This document shows, piece after piece, positions 36,108-50,229 of a stretch of 64,000 bases of DNA. Origin of the DNA: Podarcis filfolensis (taxonomy: Eukaryota); NCBI GenBank assembly GCA_964270895.1, contig OZ185440.1, one strand, 5' to 3'. The translations under genes were made by a program, and so were the position numbers. The notes under the pieces are model-generated. The model had not been told where the DNA came from. It worked only from the letters and a program-made list of their open reading frames with translations, and did not search any database. Position 1 is the first letter of the stretch; each line of letters opens with the position of its first letter.

Positions 36108-36344
36108 ATACAATCAATCCACTGATGGATCGAATCTGCCAGTGGAATGGGAAGCGAGACAATCTTCAGCAATCTCCCTCCCCCCCAGCCTTCTAAATCT
36201 GCTCTAGGGGATTGGGGGGGGGGGCCTCCAGAGCAGATTTAGAGGCAATGTGGGTTGATAGAGAATCTCCAAACGTTGCCTCCCTCTCCTATTGTGTGAA
36301 TGGATTCCTTTCATCAGTTGATGAACAGTATTGGATACCACCCT
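36108..36344. mobile_element. Palindromic MITE family (AAATCTGCTC...GAGCAGATTT core); relatives near 2900-3060, 4030-4210, 20040-20145, 31880-32050
   Basis: Terminal AGGGCATCCAATAC / GTATTGGATACCACCCT and a recurring central hairpin; boundaries approximate. Confidence 0.55.
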
Positions 36345-37779
36345 AACTACTGGACAAGACAAAATTGCTGTCGGTAAATGAAATTAATTAGAGCTTATTT
36401 TGTTCATTGCCATTTTTAACTATTATAAAATAGCATTTGACTCTAATTTTAAATGTACTGAGGTTGTTTGGAAACTGACTTTATACAATACAATTTGCTG
36501 TCAAAGATGAATGTTTGTTATGCCTCTTACTTCCAACATATTGGAATGATCTCCTTGATATTTTGCCCAGATCCTCACTGTTCTAAAGCTGTTCTAAAAT
36601 GGTGGTGGCCCTCTAGTTGTTGGACTCCAACTCCCCTCTATCCTGCCTAACATGGCCAATGGTGAGGGCTGATGGAAGTTTGAGGTCAACAACATATGGA
36701 GGGTCACAGCTTGCCCACCCCTATTCTAAAGACTTTTATGGATCTTTGAGAATAATGCTTTACTGTTCAGTGTCAAAATGAGTTGTGTTTAAAAGTCAGT
36801 ATTACTAATTCTACAAACACAAAAATCATGCCAGTTGAGAGAATGGGTGTGATCTAACTACCACAGCATTAGGTATAATTACGAGCATGGTTAGTTACTA
36901 ATATTTTTCCCCATAGTGAAGGTGAAATCTTGGTCCTCTCCTCCCTCTCTAATAAATACTATCTCTAGTTAATCTCAGAAGAGTATTTGTGAATGGTGTG
37001 CCTGAAGAACAGCAGTAAGAACGAAACAGTTGGGACAAAGCACTGGGAAATTCTGGAATACTAATTCCTCAGTCCTTGAACCAAACACTACGTAATGTCA
37101 ATGCAAAGGCTTTTATTCCATAGTCGTCAAATCTAGTCAAGGTTTTGAAAGACATTATCAAAACATGGTGATAATTTATCAGAGAACGTTGACAGACTTT
37201 CAGACATCTGAAGTGATGACACCAAAATATTCATTTTCAGGCATTTCAATTTCATTCACCTCAGTTCCTTATTACATTATGATTATATTGGTATACCAGA
37301 GGATCTGTACTTGAGGGGAAAAGACTAGTCAGATTGTTACAGAACTAAAGAATCATGCATTTTACTATGCGTACAATCAGGAAACAAGTTTTCAAAATTA
37401 AAACTACAATAGATAATTAGGAGGCTATCATACTGAAAAAAAATCAAGCTAATTCAACCCTGCAAATATCACGGTATGTTTTTAAAACATGGATACTCTT
37501 AATGCATTTTAAATTACAATATACTCATCTGAAAGTAATTTCAGACAAGTTAGAAGCACTATTAGCTGGAGTTTTAAGGACAACGGACCAGATATTCGGC
37601 TTGTTCTGGATAGAGTTGAACTCCTCAAACAGCATTATAGCTTTTCAACTTACATGTTAGATTATTGGAATTTGCTTTACATAGCACTGCCCCTTGAGAT
37701 AATTGGGAGCTTCAATTGGTCAGAAACAGTGAGGGTTCTGATGGGAGCTGTCCATTTTAGATCACATTGCACCTATCCT

Positions 37780-38200
37780 CTACCAACTTCACCAATTTGC
37801 GTCAAGTTTCAAATCAATGTACAACCTATTATCTTCAGAGCCCTAAATGGTTTAGAACCAGAATCTCTCAGGAAAGTCGTTTCCCTATTCCCAATATGAA
37901 CCTGTACAGGACGCTCACTCTACTTTAGAGGGCCTCACTCAGGTTCTGATTCTGTCTGAGATGAAGTTGGATACATGCGAGAGTGCCCTTTCAGTCATAG
38001 CACCCAGGATGTGGAAAGGCCTCTGAAAAATGCTTGGCCTCTTGACTGTCTGTTTTCAGGTAGGAGTTAGCAGACCTTTTTAGAACTGCAATTTTATCAC
38101 ATACTTTGCTGCCGTCTGGGTTCTTTAGTTTTAGGTTATAACTGTGTTTTGTATTATACTACTATTTTATGAAAGCATCTTGTACACTTGTCTAAAAAGG
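37780..38200 (+). mobile_element. Degenerate L2 LINE 3' fragment
   Basis: TTCAGAGCCCTAAATGGTTTAGAACCAG and GCCCTTTCAGTCATAGCACCCAGGATGTGGAA, typical L2 ORF2 end. Confidence 0.6.
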
Positions 38201-40264
38201 AAGACCGTAAGTGAACAACAATAATCAACACGTTTCTACATTTCACCACAAGGCAGCTTTGTGTATTTTACTGGTCATATTTGATAGTTATAACAGTGTT
38301 GTGTCAAACTAGCTTTATTGGGAGGTTCTTGGTTGAAGGTTTTTCATGAGCTGGTTCCCCCAAGTCAGAGGGGGAAGGCTCTTACAAGTTGTTAAATATA
38401 TTGCAGGATAGAAAATTGTACCAGGGAAAACTGTACAAACAGAAAAGATAGCTAAATTAAGCCTGCAGATGCAAAGTTTAACAAGTCTTTTTTCAGCATT
38501 TTATATTGATGATTGTTACACCTTTGGATGTTATGCTGTACTGTATATTTATATATAGTACTTGGATTTTCTTCTCTCTAAAGTTGTTGTGTTTATTGTA
38601 CCTGGATTTTTTCTTATGTAAACTGCTTCGAGATATATTGATAACAATCTATAAATGGCTTAAATAAATTAAGGCTTCTAGGATTTCAAGTCAAATGTTT
38701 TCTCCAGGTAAACTAAATGAAACTGGACCATTCAATGTTGATGTTTTAGAAATAACTTGTTCATGTTAAGGACATTCAATCCTTTCTACAAGCTCTTCAG
38801 TGTTATTTTTAAAAGGTGTGTGTTATGCTATGTTGATTTCAAGCTTATAGGAAATAACATCTTGTGTTCCATGTGATTGAAAAGCTTTCATTTAATTATA
38901 AACTCTGCAAAGTCTTCACAGCCAGCCTCCTATTAATCTACAAGCAACACCAATTAAAACACTAGAAAAGTAGAAGATTAACACATTGTGTATCTAAAGG
39001 TTCAAGCAAAAACAGATAAACATGACCGGAAATATTTTGAATTGTAATACAGTACAAGTAAGTTTGAGAACTGGTAGGAGCTCAGTACTGTTTAAATTGG
39101 AAACTCAAGAGGACTAAGGCCTTGTTTATTATGCTCATCACAAGAAATCCTGGCAATCGAGTTTCTTAACTGCAGATCTGCCATTCCTGAGTAATTACTA
39201 TTCCTCTTAAAACTGCATTCTCCATTGCTCCCAGAATGCTGCAGTGTTTAGAAGTTATTTATAATCTATTGATTTGATGCTATGCACCCACATCTTATTT
39301 TCAAACTTGTTGTAGCAGAAAGGAAGAACTTGCTTTGAATTTCCACATTTATAAGACATAATCTCCTTTGAGACCATTAATGAATGCATATGAACTCATA
39401 CAGTTAAGAGGCTATCCTTAAACTTTGCAAACTAGTTCACCAACTTTATTTATAGGGGAATTCTCACTGTGACTGTCTTGTGATTCACTAGTGATATCAT
39501 ATACAGTATATAGAAGGTACTTTATATTCCCAACTTTATGGCATGATGAGGGTTTTCTTAAAAACAGACCTACACTTACCCTACCAGACTGCAGTTACAC
39601 TCTTGTCTCATGGGGTCCAGCACTACTTTGTTTCCTGTAGTTCTAAGGGTCTTAAAATGTGTTTTTAAGTTTCAGCAACGAGGGAAATGGGCCATGAAAA
39701 AAGGTCCCAACTATTTATTAAAATGTAGGGTCAACTAGAAAATAAGAAAAACAAGCTACTTCACATAGCTGTTCTGCTCTTGTTTAAGCTAAAATGCCAA
39801 TGTAAGTTCCTACCAATTTACAAACACTCAGAAGTCAGGAAAATGTATACAAATGGAAGACAGAAGTAAAGTTACATGAAGTATATACAACAAAGCAATG
39901 TGACAGAAACTTCTAGCATGTATTTCAAAAGCAGTATTATAAAGAAATGTTATTCTGAAAGCACGTGCATTTTAGGTACAAGAAGAGTGACCAAGTTATC
40001 ATCCCAGTTTTCCCCCATTGCGGGTTTAAATTTCCTTCATTAATAAGAAATAGTGGTGATAAAAGCGAAGCTGGGATTTAATATTCTTAATTGTGATTTT
40101 TGAAGCTTAAGGAAAGTGACAACATATTGAGGAGACACCAGAAGATGTGACTAAGAAAAAGAATGTCAAAATTGAATGGAAGTTCAAGCCCCTGTGGCCA
40201 CATGACTGCAGCTTTAACGTTCTGCCGAAATAAAGGGAGATTGAAAGATTAGATTTAAACTTAC

Positions 40265-40303
40265 TATAAGTCCATCTGCGTGCTTCTCCTCATTACTTTG
40301 GTC
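40265..40303 (-). CDS. OSBPL9: ORP9 39-nt symmetric exon DQSNEEKHADGLI
   Basis: Corresponds to human DQSNAEKHADGMI; AAG acceptor, GTAAGT donor. Confidence 0.93.
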
Positions 40304-41439
40304 CTTAAGGAAAAATGTTACAAATATTAACATATCAATTTTTTTACTAGATGCCATGTCTTTGCTTATATGAGAATAATTGTTTTTCTCCAGAATTTTT
40401 TACTAGATGCTGTGAAAGTGAAATGTCTCTGAAGGAAAAGAAACCGATTAACCATTAGAAACCTTGCACTTTATAAGCCATTGGTATCTTCTTACAATAG
40501 CTAGCTATATTTGCTATCATCTGAAGATAATAAAGGCTAACATATCAATACTGAAAAGCGCTTTCTGTCAGATGAATATAACACTGAAGAAGCATGCTGC
40601 TATGTATCTACTAGTTCTGTTTATTACCAAGTATCATGAAGAGGCCTGCACAAACGCAAGATATTGCAAGATATTTCTGTGACATGCAAGGTATTTCTGT
40701 GACATGCTCCTTGATGTTTTGGAAACTATCACCTGGAAACAATTACAAGTCACTTAAAAGAAAAGCATGATAGTGAAGGGTTTATTTGGCCACGACTAAA
40801 TGCCTCAGTACCAGTTAAATAAACCCCTCACAGGTGTATGCTTTCTCCTACCACAGGTCTTATCTCTGTGGTCTAGAGTAAGTGTAATGCTAGCCAACCC
40901 TTCAAAAATAGTTAAAGGATTAGGTATAGGCTGTAGGATCATGTATTTTCCCTTCTTTCAGGTGCAAGGTTCCATCCTACTCCTCAGCTATACCTTAGCT
41001 GTGAATGAACTGTCATTCATCTTACATTCAAACTGCATCTCCCTATACAGTACAAATAATCCGTAGTTAACCAGAGTACACAAACATTTAGCAGATTTTC
41101 CTTTTATGAAGTCTAGTATTCTCCTCGATACAAACAACGAACCAGACAAAACAAAATTATCCTACCCTTCTTCCAATGAACTCAGGGTGGAGTCCAAGGT
41201 TGTCTTTTCCCACCCCGTATTAGTTTCATGGGCTGAACCCTGTTGGGCTGAGTATGTACCACTGGCCAAAGGTCACACGGTAAGCTTCATGGATTGAACA
41301 TGGTTTAATTGAGGAAGTGCCAATCAGAAATATCAGCTGGAAATTACTTCAAAATTTCATCACTGAGTAGGTACCAAAAGAGCACAGTGAAGGGACCTAC
41401 TTGCCTGATGTCACTAGGCAGTGAGACCCAAAGTATAGC

Positions 41440-41900
41440 TGTTCCCACACTAGAAGATTGCATATTATGTGGCACCTTTAACAGTGCCAGTTCTGGGGCA
41501 GCTGAGTGGGCACACATGGGGCAAGATGAAGCTGCAAGTAAAGAGGTACCAAGTTGCTAAAGGCTTTACATACTAACAGTAACACCTTGAACTTGGCCTG
41601 GTAGCAAACCGGCAACCAGTGCAGATCTCTGAGTAGAGATGTTACATGCTGAGAGGGTCTCAGTCCTGGCAGCAACCGTGTTGCAACATTCCTCACGAAC
41701 TGTAGGCTTTTGGATTAATAACAAGGGAAACCCCACACAGAGTGTACTGCAGCCATCCAATCTTGAAGTCACCAGTGGCTGAACTACCGTGGTCAAGCTC
41801 TTGTGGTCCAGGAACAGCCACAGCTGTAGCACCAGTCACAGTTGGTAAAAGACTCTTCTAGCCACTGATGATACCTGGGCCGCCAGGGACAGAGCTGGAT
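41440..41900 (-). mobile_element. L2 LINE ORF2 C-terminal fragment
   Basis: ORF track HVTSLLRDLHWLPVCYQAKFKVLLLVCKAF and LTTVVQPLVTSRLDGC resemble L2 RT C-terminal motifs. Confidence 0.85.
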
Positions 41901-42075
41901 ACAGAAGCAGCTCTAAACAATGGATGTGATGTTGAATAAAACTGCCAGTATATCAAAAGCCATACTGAAGACTATATGGTAACAGAAGAATGCAGGGAAC
42001 CAAGCGTAACGTGCATTAACAACTTTATTGGGTCTGTAATTAAATGATGAATATTAGTGTGTTATTTAATACTTA

Positions 42076-42400
42076 ATCATAGAATCATAGAGTTGGAAGG
42101 GACCCCAAGGGCCATCTAGTCCAACCCCCTGCAATGCAGTAATTTCAGCTAAAGCATCCATGACAGATGGCCATCCAATCTCTGTTTAAAAATCTCCAGG
42201 GAAAGAGTGTCAACCACCTCTTGTGGGAGTCTGTTCCAATGCTGAACAACTCTTACTGTCAGAAAGTTTTTCCAAATGCTTAAGTGGAACCTCCTTTCTT
42301 GCAACTTGAGTCTTATCCTCCAGAACAGGAGAAAACAAGCAGGCTCCCTCTTCCATGTGACAGCCCTTAAGATAATTGCAGATGGCTATCATATCTCCTA
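42076..42400 (-). mobile_element. CR1 LINE 3' end
   Basis: (ATTCTATG)n-type tail; ORF MIAICNYLKGCHMEEGACLFS resembles the CR1 ORF2 C-terminus. Confidence 0.88.
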
Positions 42401-45400
42401 ATCTGTGGCATATGCATATACTTGAGAGATGAGAGTTCCTAATCAGATTATTCTAAAAGAATATATGTAATTTTTAATGTTGAAAACTTAATTAAAGTCA
42501 TTAACATAATATACAAACTCCGTGGCGGAGTACAGCCAATCATCCATTGCAGAATCCACAGAATGGAAACAAGATCCAATGCATAATCATGTAATGATAA
42601 AGGCGATTACACTAATCCCAAATATTCATTGAAACACGCACACACATATATTAAATGCAGTGATCATGCTCTACGCTCTTTTTTTGTGGACCAGGGACAG
42701 GAAAAGGCTTGCATTTTGCTAAAATAAAGCTGCTACAAAAACGAAGGTAGCTTTGTTTCCTCAACCTAAAGCATAATCATACAAAGTCCATTATTCCAAG
42801 TCACCCAAGGTCCTATAACTTGAGTAAAAAAAAAAACAAACCTAGCTACTTTGATTTCTCTTGCACATTTCCCATGGAACCTATTGTGGGTTTGCAGTAG
42901 CTGAATTCCTAATTCTTTCAAGTAAATGCTGCTCAAAGCATGGCACTATTTTTAGAGCTAGGAGGGAATAGACGAGGGCCTCAAACATCAGTTTTTATCT
43001 TGATGATTTTAAAATATTATAAATGGATTGAGAAGACATAAGGCTGGCAGAGAGTTATGAACAATTCTATGTTAGTAGGAACGTCATTTCTTTATCTGGC
43101 CCACGGGACTCTACCCATAAAATGCCCCCTTTCCATACACTTCACCGGCATTGCTCCACAGCCTCAACAGAGTCCTTGAATTGGGATACTGCCTCTCGAT
43201 CATCTGACTGGAAGTGGAGGGATGCATATATAGAAACCTTTGCCTATTGTGTGGCTAGGAGGCCTATAAAAGGTGAGTGTCTCTACTCACATTTGCCTCT
43301 TCCCATACCTACTTTCACCTCTGATCTTGCTCACCACTGGTATGCATCTCATGGAAGCAGGCTTATTAGGGAATGTGGCACAAGCTGCAAAAAGTTCCCT
43401 ATCCCTATCTTAATGCACTATGTCTGAGATAATGGGCTGGATCCAGACTTTACAGCTGCAGGCAGGAGTATCTCGAGTGGCATTTCACTCAGGGGATGCT
43501 CCTACTGTTGGTGGTTAAGGGAACTTCTGCCAACTCTCCCCTTCTGCTGCAGCCCCCAGAACCCTCAGAACGATGTGGGACACTGGATTGGGGTTAAAGG
43601 GAGAGACAGAATTAGCAAAAGAAGCCTCCCAAAATTCTGCCAGATCAGAAGCCTTCAGTATTGTCTGCCTCAGGTTTGCATAGGTTTGCAAGGCAAGGTA
43701 TGTTCCAAGAACAAAACTGGGATAAGGGTGCACTAAACATTATAGCAAATGGGTTATGGGGAGAGAGAGCAGCAGCAAAGGTCTCTTTTGTGGATGAATG
43801 ACTCAAATATTCTCTTCCCCCATCTTTCCTTTTGCACTTTCTATGGAAGCTTTCTTAACTGGCATGGGTATGGGGAAATTTGGAAAGCCAAGGAGAAAAG
43901 CCTAAGCATCAGATACATTATTAATAGATGCATTTTACAATCTTGTGCAACTGCCTATTCAGAATTCTGAACAGAATATTTATAAATCCAACTTATTCCA
44001 AGGCAGATCAACAGTTTATCTGACCCAGAACTGCCTACCCTGTCCAGCAATGACTTCCCCGAGGACGCCAAAAGATATATTTCCTGACTTTCCTATTACT
44101 AGAGGTCCTTCAGCTGCAGATGTCAAGGACTGAATTTGAAATCAAACATGCAAAGCATGGGTTCCATCACTAAACTACAACCTTTTCCTCACTTGTTTTT
44201 CTTTAGTAAATTGGCAAGCTTGGCCAGAGACATATGGACAACAAACAGCACTGAAGGTGTTCTGTTTCTTCACCAAAATAAAATTTTAGAATATAAAATC
44301 ACAGAATACTCCAGAAACTTTGTTTTATTTATGCTTATCTTCAGATTTGCAGATGGTACACTCTCTCTTCAGCAGTGAGGCATGCATATCTTCCATGTTT
44401 TCACAGAAAAAAAATGAGTAAAAAGTATCCTTACACCACAAGCAAGTCTCACCCTCTTCTCCACCTTGTTAGTCTATTATGTATGGGAGCTATATACAAA
44501 CATAGCTCTCTTTGGAGAAACCTGTTACAATGTTGTACTACAGCACAAGTGCACTGGGGCTCACCTTCTTTGATCATGTATAAAAATTCCATAATCCAGT
44601 TTACGATTAGGATTTTAAGATGCCCAGAAAAACTTAGTGGGTTTTTCACTTCTGATATGGCAGGAACTTCAGTGCTATAGGTTAGGAATTATTAGGCCTA
44701 TTAAGATTAGAGAATAAATCCAAAATTTTAGAGTAGATTAGTACATGCAAACCCATTTGGTGAGTAAGGGCTTTAACCATACATATGCAATATCTTTTCA
44801 TGCCAACAATTGCTCCATTTTATCAATTCTCTATCCAAGGACCATTGTTAAAGGAGGACATGTTTTAACTCAATTATCAGACACTGATATTCAAGATGAG
44901 TTTTTGAAGGCACAAGTACCATCAAATTTCAAGATCAATCTTTAATAGACTATAATTCTGTTATTTATACTGTTCATGTACAACCTAGCAGAGCGCTTTT
45001 TTAAACATTTGTTTCGCCATACTTCCAACCTGGGGGCTTCCACGAAATAGTTGCTTGTGAATGTTTAAAACACCAAAAGTAATCAAACCAATGTAGGCAC
45101 TGACATAAAGAATCTGTTTTTATGTATGCTCAAACAAAGCATGAAGAGCACAGTCACAACATTTGAGATTATGGTAAACACCACTTTGTCAGGATCAATA
45201 GGTCAGTATGATCACCACTTTAATATGAAGAATGGCACAGCATTGAGTATGCTATTGTATGCATTGTATAACTTATACAATGTACATTCATATACCCCTG
45301 GCAATCTACTTACAGTATTTATCAATCTACCTACAGAATGCAACAGGAGGGGAAATAATCAAGTCATATAAATGTACATATATCTATACCTTCCAATTCT

Positions 45401-45515
45401 TATTAACTTTGATGATTCAATGCCTCTACAATATACAAATCGCACAGAACGATTTCTTCCAGAAAACATTATACTGCAAACACTTTTTATTGTATTTTCC
45501 AACAGAGATACTTAC

Positions 45516-45566
45516 TTTAGCAATCTGCAGCAACACAATGCAGTGTTTTATTGATTCAACCATGCT
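45516..45566 (-). CDS. OSBPL9: ORP9 51-nt exon SMVESIKHCIVLLQIAK
   Basis: Identical to recalled human sequence; contains the Met reported as the start of mammalian ORP9S. Confidence 0.97.
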
Positions 45567-46598
45567 CTAAGGGGGGCAAAAATAAACATGTTAGTATTTC
45601 TACAAAACTTTTACTGCTTAGAATAGAGTGTTAAGGAAGCAAAGTACTTCCACTGGTTAGTATGTTCATTATCAGTTTAGTACTTATTTGCCATAGATAT
45701 CTTGTAAGAATTCATTTATGATAACATTTCTGCACTCGAATGAGTGAACAGGGTGGAGAAAATCAGTAACTATTTTGCTAATAGTTTTAATGGATCATTA
45801 TTTCCCCAATTTATGCAGCTAAAGCCACACAGGGAAAGAACATTTGATGGGTGAAAGAAGCTACTTCTTTTTCTAAGAGCAGTTAACTGACATCCTGCAG
45901 GTTATTGCACAAGCAAGATATTGTCTAAACTGGCCTAGGCACCAGTGCCCTGCAAAGGTTTTGGACAAAAGCTCTCCCTGGCCCCAACCCCCTGGGATAA
46001 TGGGAGCTGTAGCTCAAAATATCTGGAGGGCACCAAGTTGAAAATACCTAAACAATACCTTCACAACAGAAGGATTAGAGCTGCTTTTGTTGCTCAGATT
46101 TTATCATTAAGTTATGAAAATACAATAAAATATATACTCCAAAAAGCAACAGGACTTGTAAATGTGTCAAGTTATTTTGTGTCATGCTTTCACAGACCTG
46201 ACTGTTAAGCAGGTTACCATCAAGCATAAAAATATTCTAAAACACTACTATATTTTCTATTTAATATAAACATGGAACATAATTGTAGGGCACAGTCTCA
46301 ATCTCCATTTCCATCAAAAGACAAATATGAAGATAATTTGGACCACAGAAGTGAGAGGATGACCCCTCCCTCCTGAACATATGGTACAATCCATTCCCCC
46401 TCCTCTAATTAGGTGGCATAAGGAGAAGCAGGTTCTCTGCATTTGCCAGCAGGCCATTTGGGAGACTGGGGGGCAACTGATCTCCCACCATTCCATTCTA
46501 AGTGCCTGTCAGCAGAGCAAGTAGCTAAAGAGGAATTAAAGATCCAAGCCAAGCCCTTAAGTTGCTTTAAAATATGTAATGATTAAACACATACTTAC

Positions 46599-46628
46599 AC
46601 TGGTTGTTTCTTTGAGGTCTTCAATCTT
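46599..46628 (-). CDS. OSBPL9: ORP9 30-nt exon KIEDLKETTS
   Basis: Corresponds to human KIETLKETTN; CAG/GTAAGT flanks. Confidence 0.92.
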
Positions 46629-48344
46629 CTGGAGGAAAAGAAAAGAAAAGCAAGGTCTTTAGCAATGTGAAGTTACTCATCTTCAAGATTGCTTCTTGTT
46701 AGTTATTGTTTATTTAAAACATTCACATAAAATATAAGCTTAATATATGAAGCAGCACTGTGCAGAGCTATATGGACTAAGTATTGTCTACTCCAACAGC
46801 TCTCCAAGATCTGTCTTCGCTGCCTTTTGCACCCGGGATCCTGCTGAATGAAAACAACAGGATCCTTACTGCAATCAAAGCAGACATATTCCATTATTAC
46901 ACTGTGACCACTTTGCAACCATTTCTAGATAATTAAAAGAGTACCAGGAATGCAATTTGCTTTAGAAAAGGGTTGCCCAACAACACTAGAAGACGACTTT
47001 AAGCAAAGGGTGTGTTGTGCAAATTGTAAGGGTAGTGCTTTTTCTAGCATGATGCACTGTTAAACCGTGCCCTGCTGAACAACCAAAGATTATTAATGCT
47101 TGGTTTACATTCCCATCCCACCCTGCAGATAAATAGTCTAAAGAGAAAGCTTGAAAGCAAGTACTGTACAAGGCGGCTTCAACTGAAACATGTTCATCCA
47201 GGAAATTTAATCTTCATTCCACATTTATCCCAACTGAAAGTGATATATTTGCATTTGAATCAGTTCAGACACTGTATTCCTATACTTGTGTGTGAAATCA
47301 TGCAAGTACAGAATTGTTCAGACAGCGGTGATTCATCTTCATATTGTTAATTGTCATAGGTTGTTCCAAACTGCCACACACTTGTCCAATACAGTGAAGA
47401 CTCAAGTCTGCCTTTTCCCCGTCTATGTAGACCAAAAACAAACTTTGGTCAAAGCTCAGGTTTGTCTGAAGAAAGATAAACTATAAGTGACACAGTAATC
47501 CAAATCATGATTTAGCTCTGGGTAGTGCAGCAGCAGGAGGAGTACTAGGGTAGGAGTGCAGCAGCTGTGATCCCCTCTAGGAACCTGCATGTTCGCTCTA
47601 TGTCATTGTTTGGCTTAGCGTTATGTGTTGTCCTGTTGTGGCATCTATTTTTCTACAGGGTCTATAGATGTGACAGTTTTGACACAGCTTTCCATAAAGA
47701 TTAAAAGGAAAAGAGAAGTGATGTCATGGTTTCCAGTAACATTTCCTTAAACTACATTTCTACAGGAAGCAGCTGCTAGTTGTCTTGAGTCAGGGGAAAT
47801 AACTACCTTATTGCTTAATCAGAAAATGTCTAGCATTACTGAAGTTGTTAGCCGCCTGGAATGGCTGGGGCAACCCAGAGGGGCAGGGTAAATAATAATA
47901 ATAATAGTATCATGCTGATTTTAAAGAAATACTTTGGGGTGAGTGTAACTGGAACCTCTTCCTTCTGCATGAGAGGAAGCAGCTTTAAAATACTGAATGC
48001 CAGAACAAATCAGGAAGAAAACAGCTCATCCGTTGCAACACTAATCTGCCATTACAACAAATTAAGACTAGAGGCCAAACAAGTACAAGGTCACACCCCA
48101 GCGGCAAGATTGTATAATGATAAGACAGTGCCAAGTGCTAGATTACAATCTAAAATATGAAGTACAGTTAGCAAATTACCCTGTTCTAGAACACAAAAAG
48201 CCAGCTACATGGCTAGTTGGTTTAGAATCATTCTAACAGTGCTGGAAGTTATTGCAAAGAGAGGCCCAATTACTTCTCAATAATTGACTAAAGCGTGAAC
48301 TTAATTTTATTTGAATTGGATATATAATTTTACCTGACATGTGT

Positions 48345-48410
48345 AGAATCATAGAAATGTAGAGCTGGAAGGGACCCCAAGGGGCATCTAGTCAAACCCA
48401 CTGCAACCAC
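48345..48410 (-). mobile_element. CR1 3' terminal stub; a + strand stub lies near 59140-59195
   Basis: TAGAATCATAGAA...GGAAGGGACCCCAAGGGGCATCTAGTC. Confidence 0.65.
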
Positions 48411-48917
48411 CAACCTTCTGGTTAACAGTCAGACGCCTTGTCATTTTATGCTCCTTATTTCATCCTTACATTACATATTTCATTAAGCCCTATGAACTAT
48501 GCTAATGGTACAATAGTTCATGAAAAGTGAGTGGGGCACAAGGCACTGCTAACTGAACTTCCAATAACTGACTTCTCCAGGAAGCTCACAGAGAAAAAAA
48601 TATTTAAAACAACTGCAGCATGAAACTTATTGAAATAAAAGGATAAAACCTTTTCTATGGCTCTCCAAGCTTGTTTTCATCTTTTTAATTATATTCCACT
48701 GTAATGGAACAATTGAAGACCCGTTAGCAATTATTATTACAAGTGTTTTCCGTCCCAACAACTAAAAAAAATAAAAATCTATAAAGCAACGCTCAATGCT
48801 AGTTATCAGCTGTATATAAAAGGAGTGCTTAAATTGCATTTTAGACAATTACAGGAAGGCTGAAAAGTGAACTTCAGGGAGAGGAAGAAGCAACATCTAT
48901 ATAAAAAGTATACTTGC

Positions 48918-48965
48918 TTTTCTCTGTTCGTCATCTTTGCAGTTCTGAAGCTTTTCATCAAAGAG
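48918..48965 (-). CDS. OSBPL9: ORP9 48-nt exon LFDEKLQNCKDDEQRK with GC donor
   Basis: Corresponds to human LFDDKLQNCKEDEQRK; followed by GCAAGT. Confidence 0.93.
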
Positions 48966-50009
48966 CTAAAAAGAAAAAGGCACACAGTATCAAACATTGC
49001 TAGTAAAGCTTTTAAAATGCAAACATGATAGCAATTTATTCATTTATTTTTTAAAAAATCCAGAGTCTGCTGATCATTTGGTTCCATCTTACCAGAAACA
49101 TGTTTAAATTACCAGTGGTCTTAATCATCAGTATTTCACACAAAAATAATAATCAATATCACATACTAAGTCAGGAAAGATGTTTTGTCTTTAACCCAAA
49201 CATGAAACTATTTGGAGGGGATGGGGGCTTCTTTATTATTGCAGAATTACATTTTTAAAAAGCCAAAGAAAGTGCTTAAAATTGTTCTGCGTTCTGTTGC
49301 TTCTGTCTCCTTAATTATCTGTTTCCAGTCAATATAATGTCTGAGCTAAAGATCTTTAGACAGTTTCTTTACAACACAAAATAATGTGCTGCATGTAAAG
49401 CAGAGATGGAGACTCTGTGTCCCTCCAGATGGAGTTCAATGATAATTCCCTTCAGTTCCAGCCAGCATGGCCAATGATCAGGGATGGTGCCAGTTGGAAT
49501 CCAACAGCATCTAGAAGGTTACAGGCTAGCCACCACTCTGTAAATGATTGAATAAGCTTTAAGCCTTCAAGGCATGCAAAACAGAACCTCTCTTGCACAT
49601 ATTTTTACTTCTCAAATACTTACCCCATTTCAAAGATTAAATATGTTAAACATATCATGGATAAATCACAAAGGCAACATTTACTCTCTCCCTCTCCTAA
49701 TATATATAATAAACAGTACAGGAACTACTGTTTTAAAACAGCTTTTTTAAAAAAACCAAAAAACTGAAACCATTTCAAGTATGCTTGTGATCCAAGTCTC
49801 TACAGTTGAGTTGTGTCATAGATGACTGGGAAATTTTAGGTTTTGCCTGATTTTTAGTTTTAATTCAGTATTGTACAATTTAAAGATTGCACGACACAAA
49901 TTAGATTGTATTCAAGCTACTTATCGCTCCTAGCTTAGTTTCACTGTTCTAAGGAACAAGTTAGGAATGAAGAACTTGAATACTGAAATCTTCATCCAGA
50001 ATCCCTAGC

Positions 50010-50229
50010 CAGTGGTGTCCAAACTTTTTTCAAAAAGGGCCAGATTTGATGAAGTGAAGACCCGTGAGGGCCAACCAAACTTGTTAACCTTTTTTAAGGA
50101 TTGAAGTTGTTGAGGGTTTTTTTTAAGTTTAGTTAGGATTTTACCCCAGGAAATAAACTACCACAGGAGCCGTATTAAACCGACTGGCAGGCCGGATTAT
50201 GCCCCCAAAATGGACTTTGGACATGCCTG
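50010..50229. mobile_element. hAT (Charlie-like) MITE
   Basis: TIR CAGTGGTGTCCAAA / TTTGGACATGCCTG; CCCTAG on both flanks. Confidence 0.75.

Noticed and set aside
44453-44521. 69-nt pseudo-exon with AG and GTGAGA on the OSBPL9 strand
   Set aside because: Poor pyrimidine tract and an in-frame TAA; no further support
47715-47790. CRE-like TGATGTCA, ACTACATTTC and CAGGAAG cluster as a further internal promoter
   Set aside because: Short motifs in AT-rich DNA with no CpG island or associated donor; not distinguishable from chance
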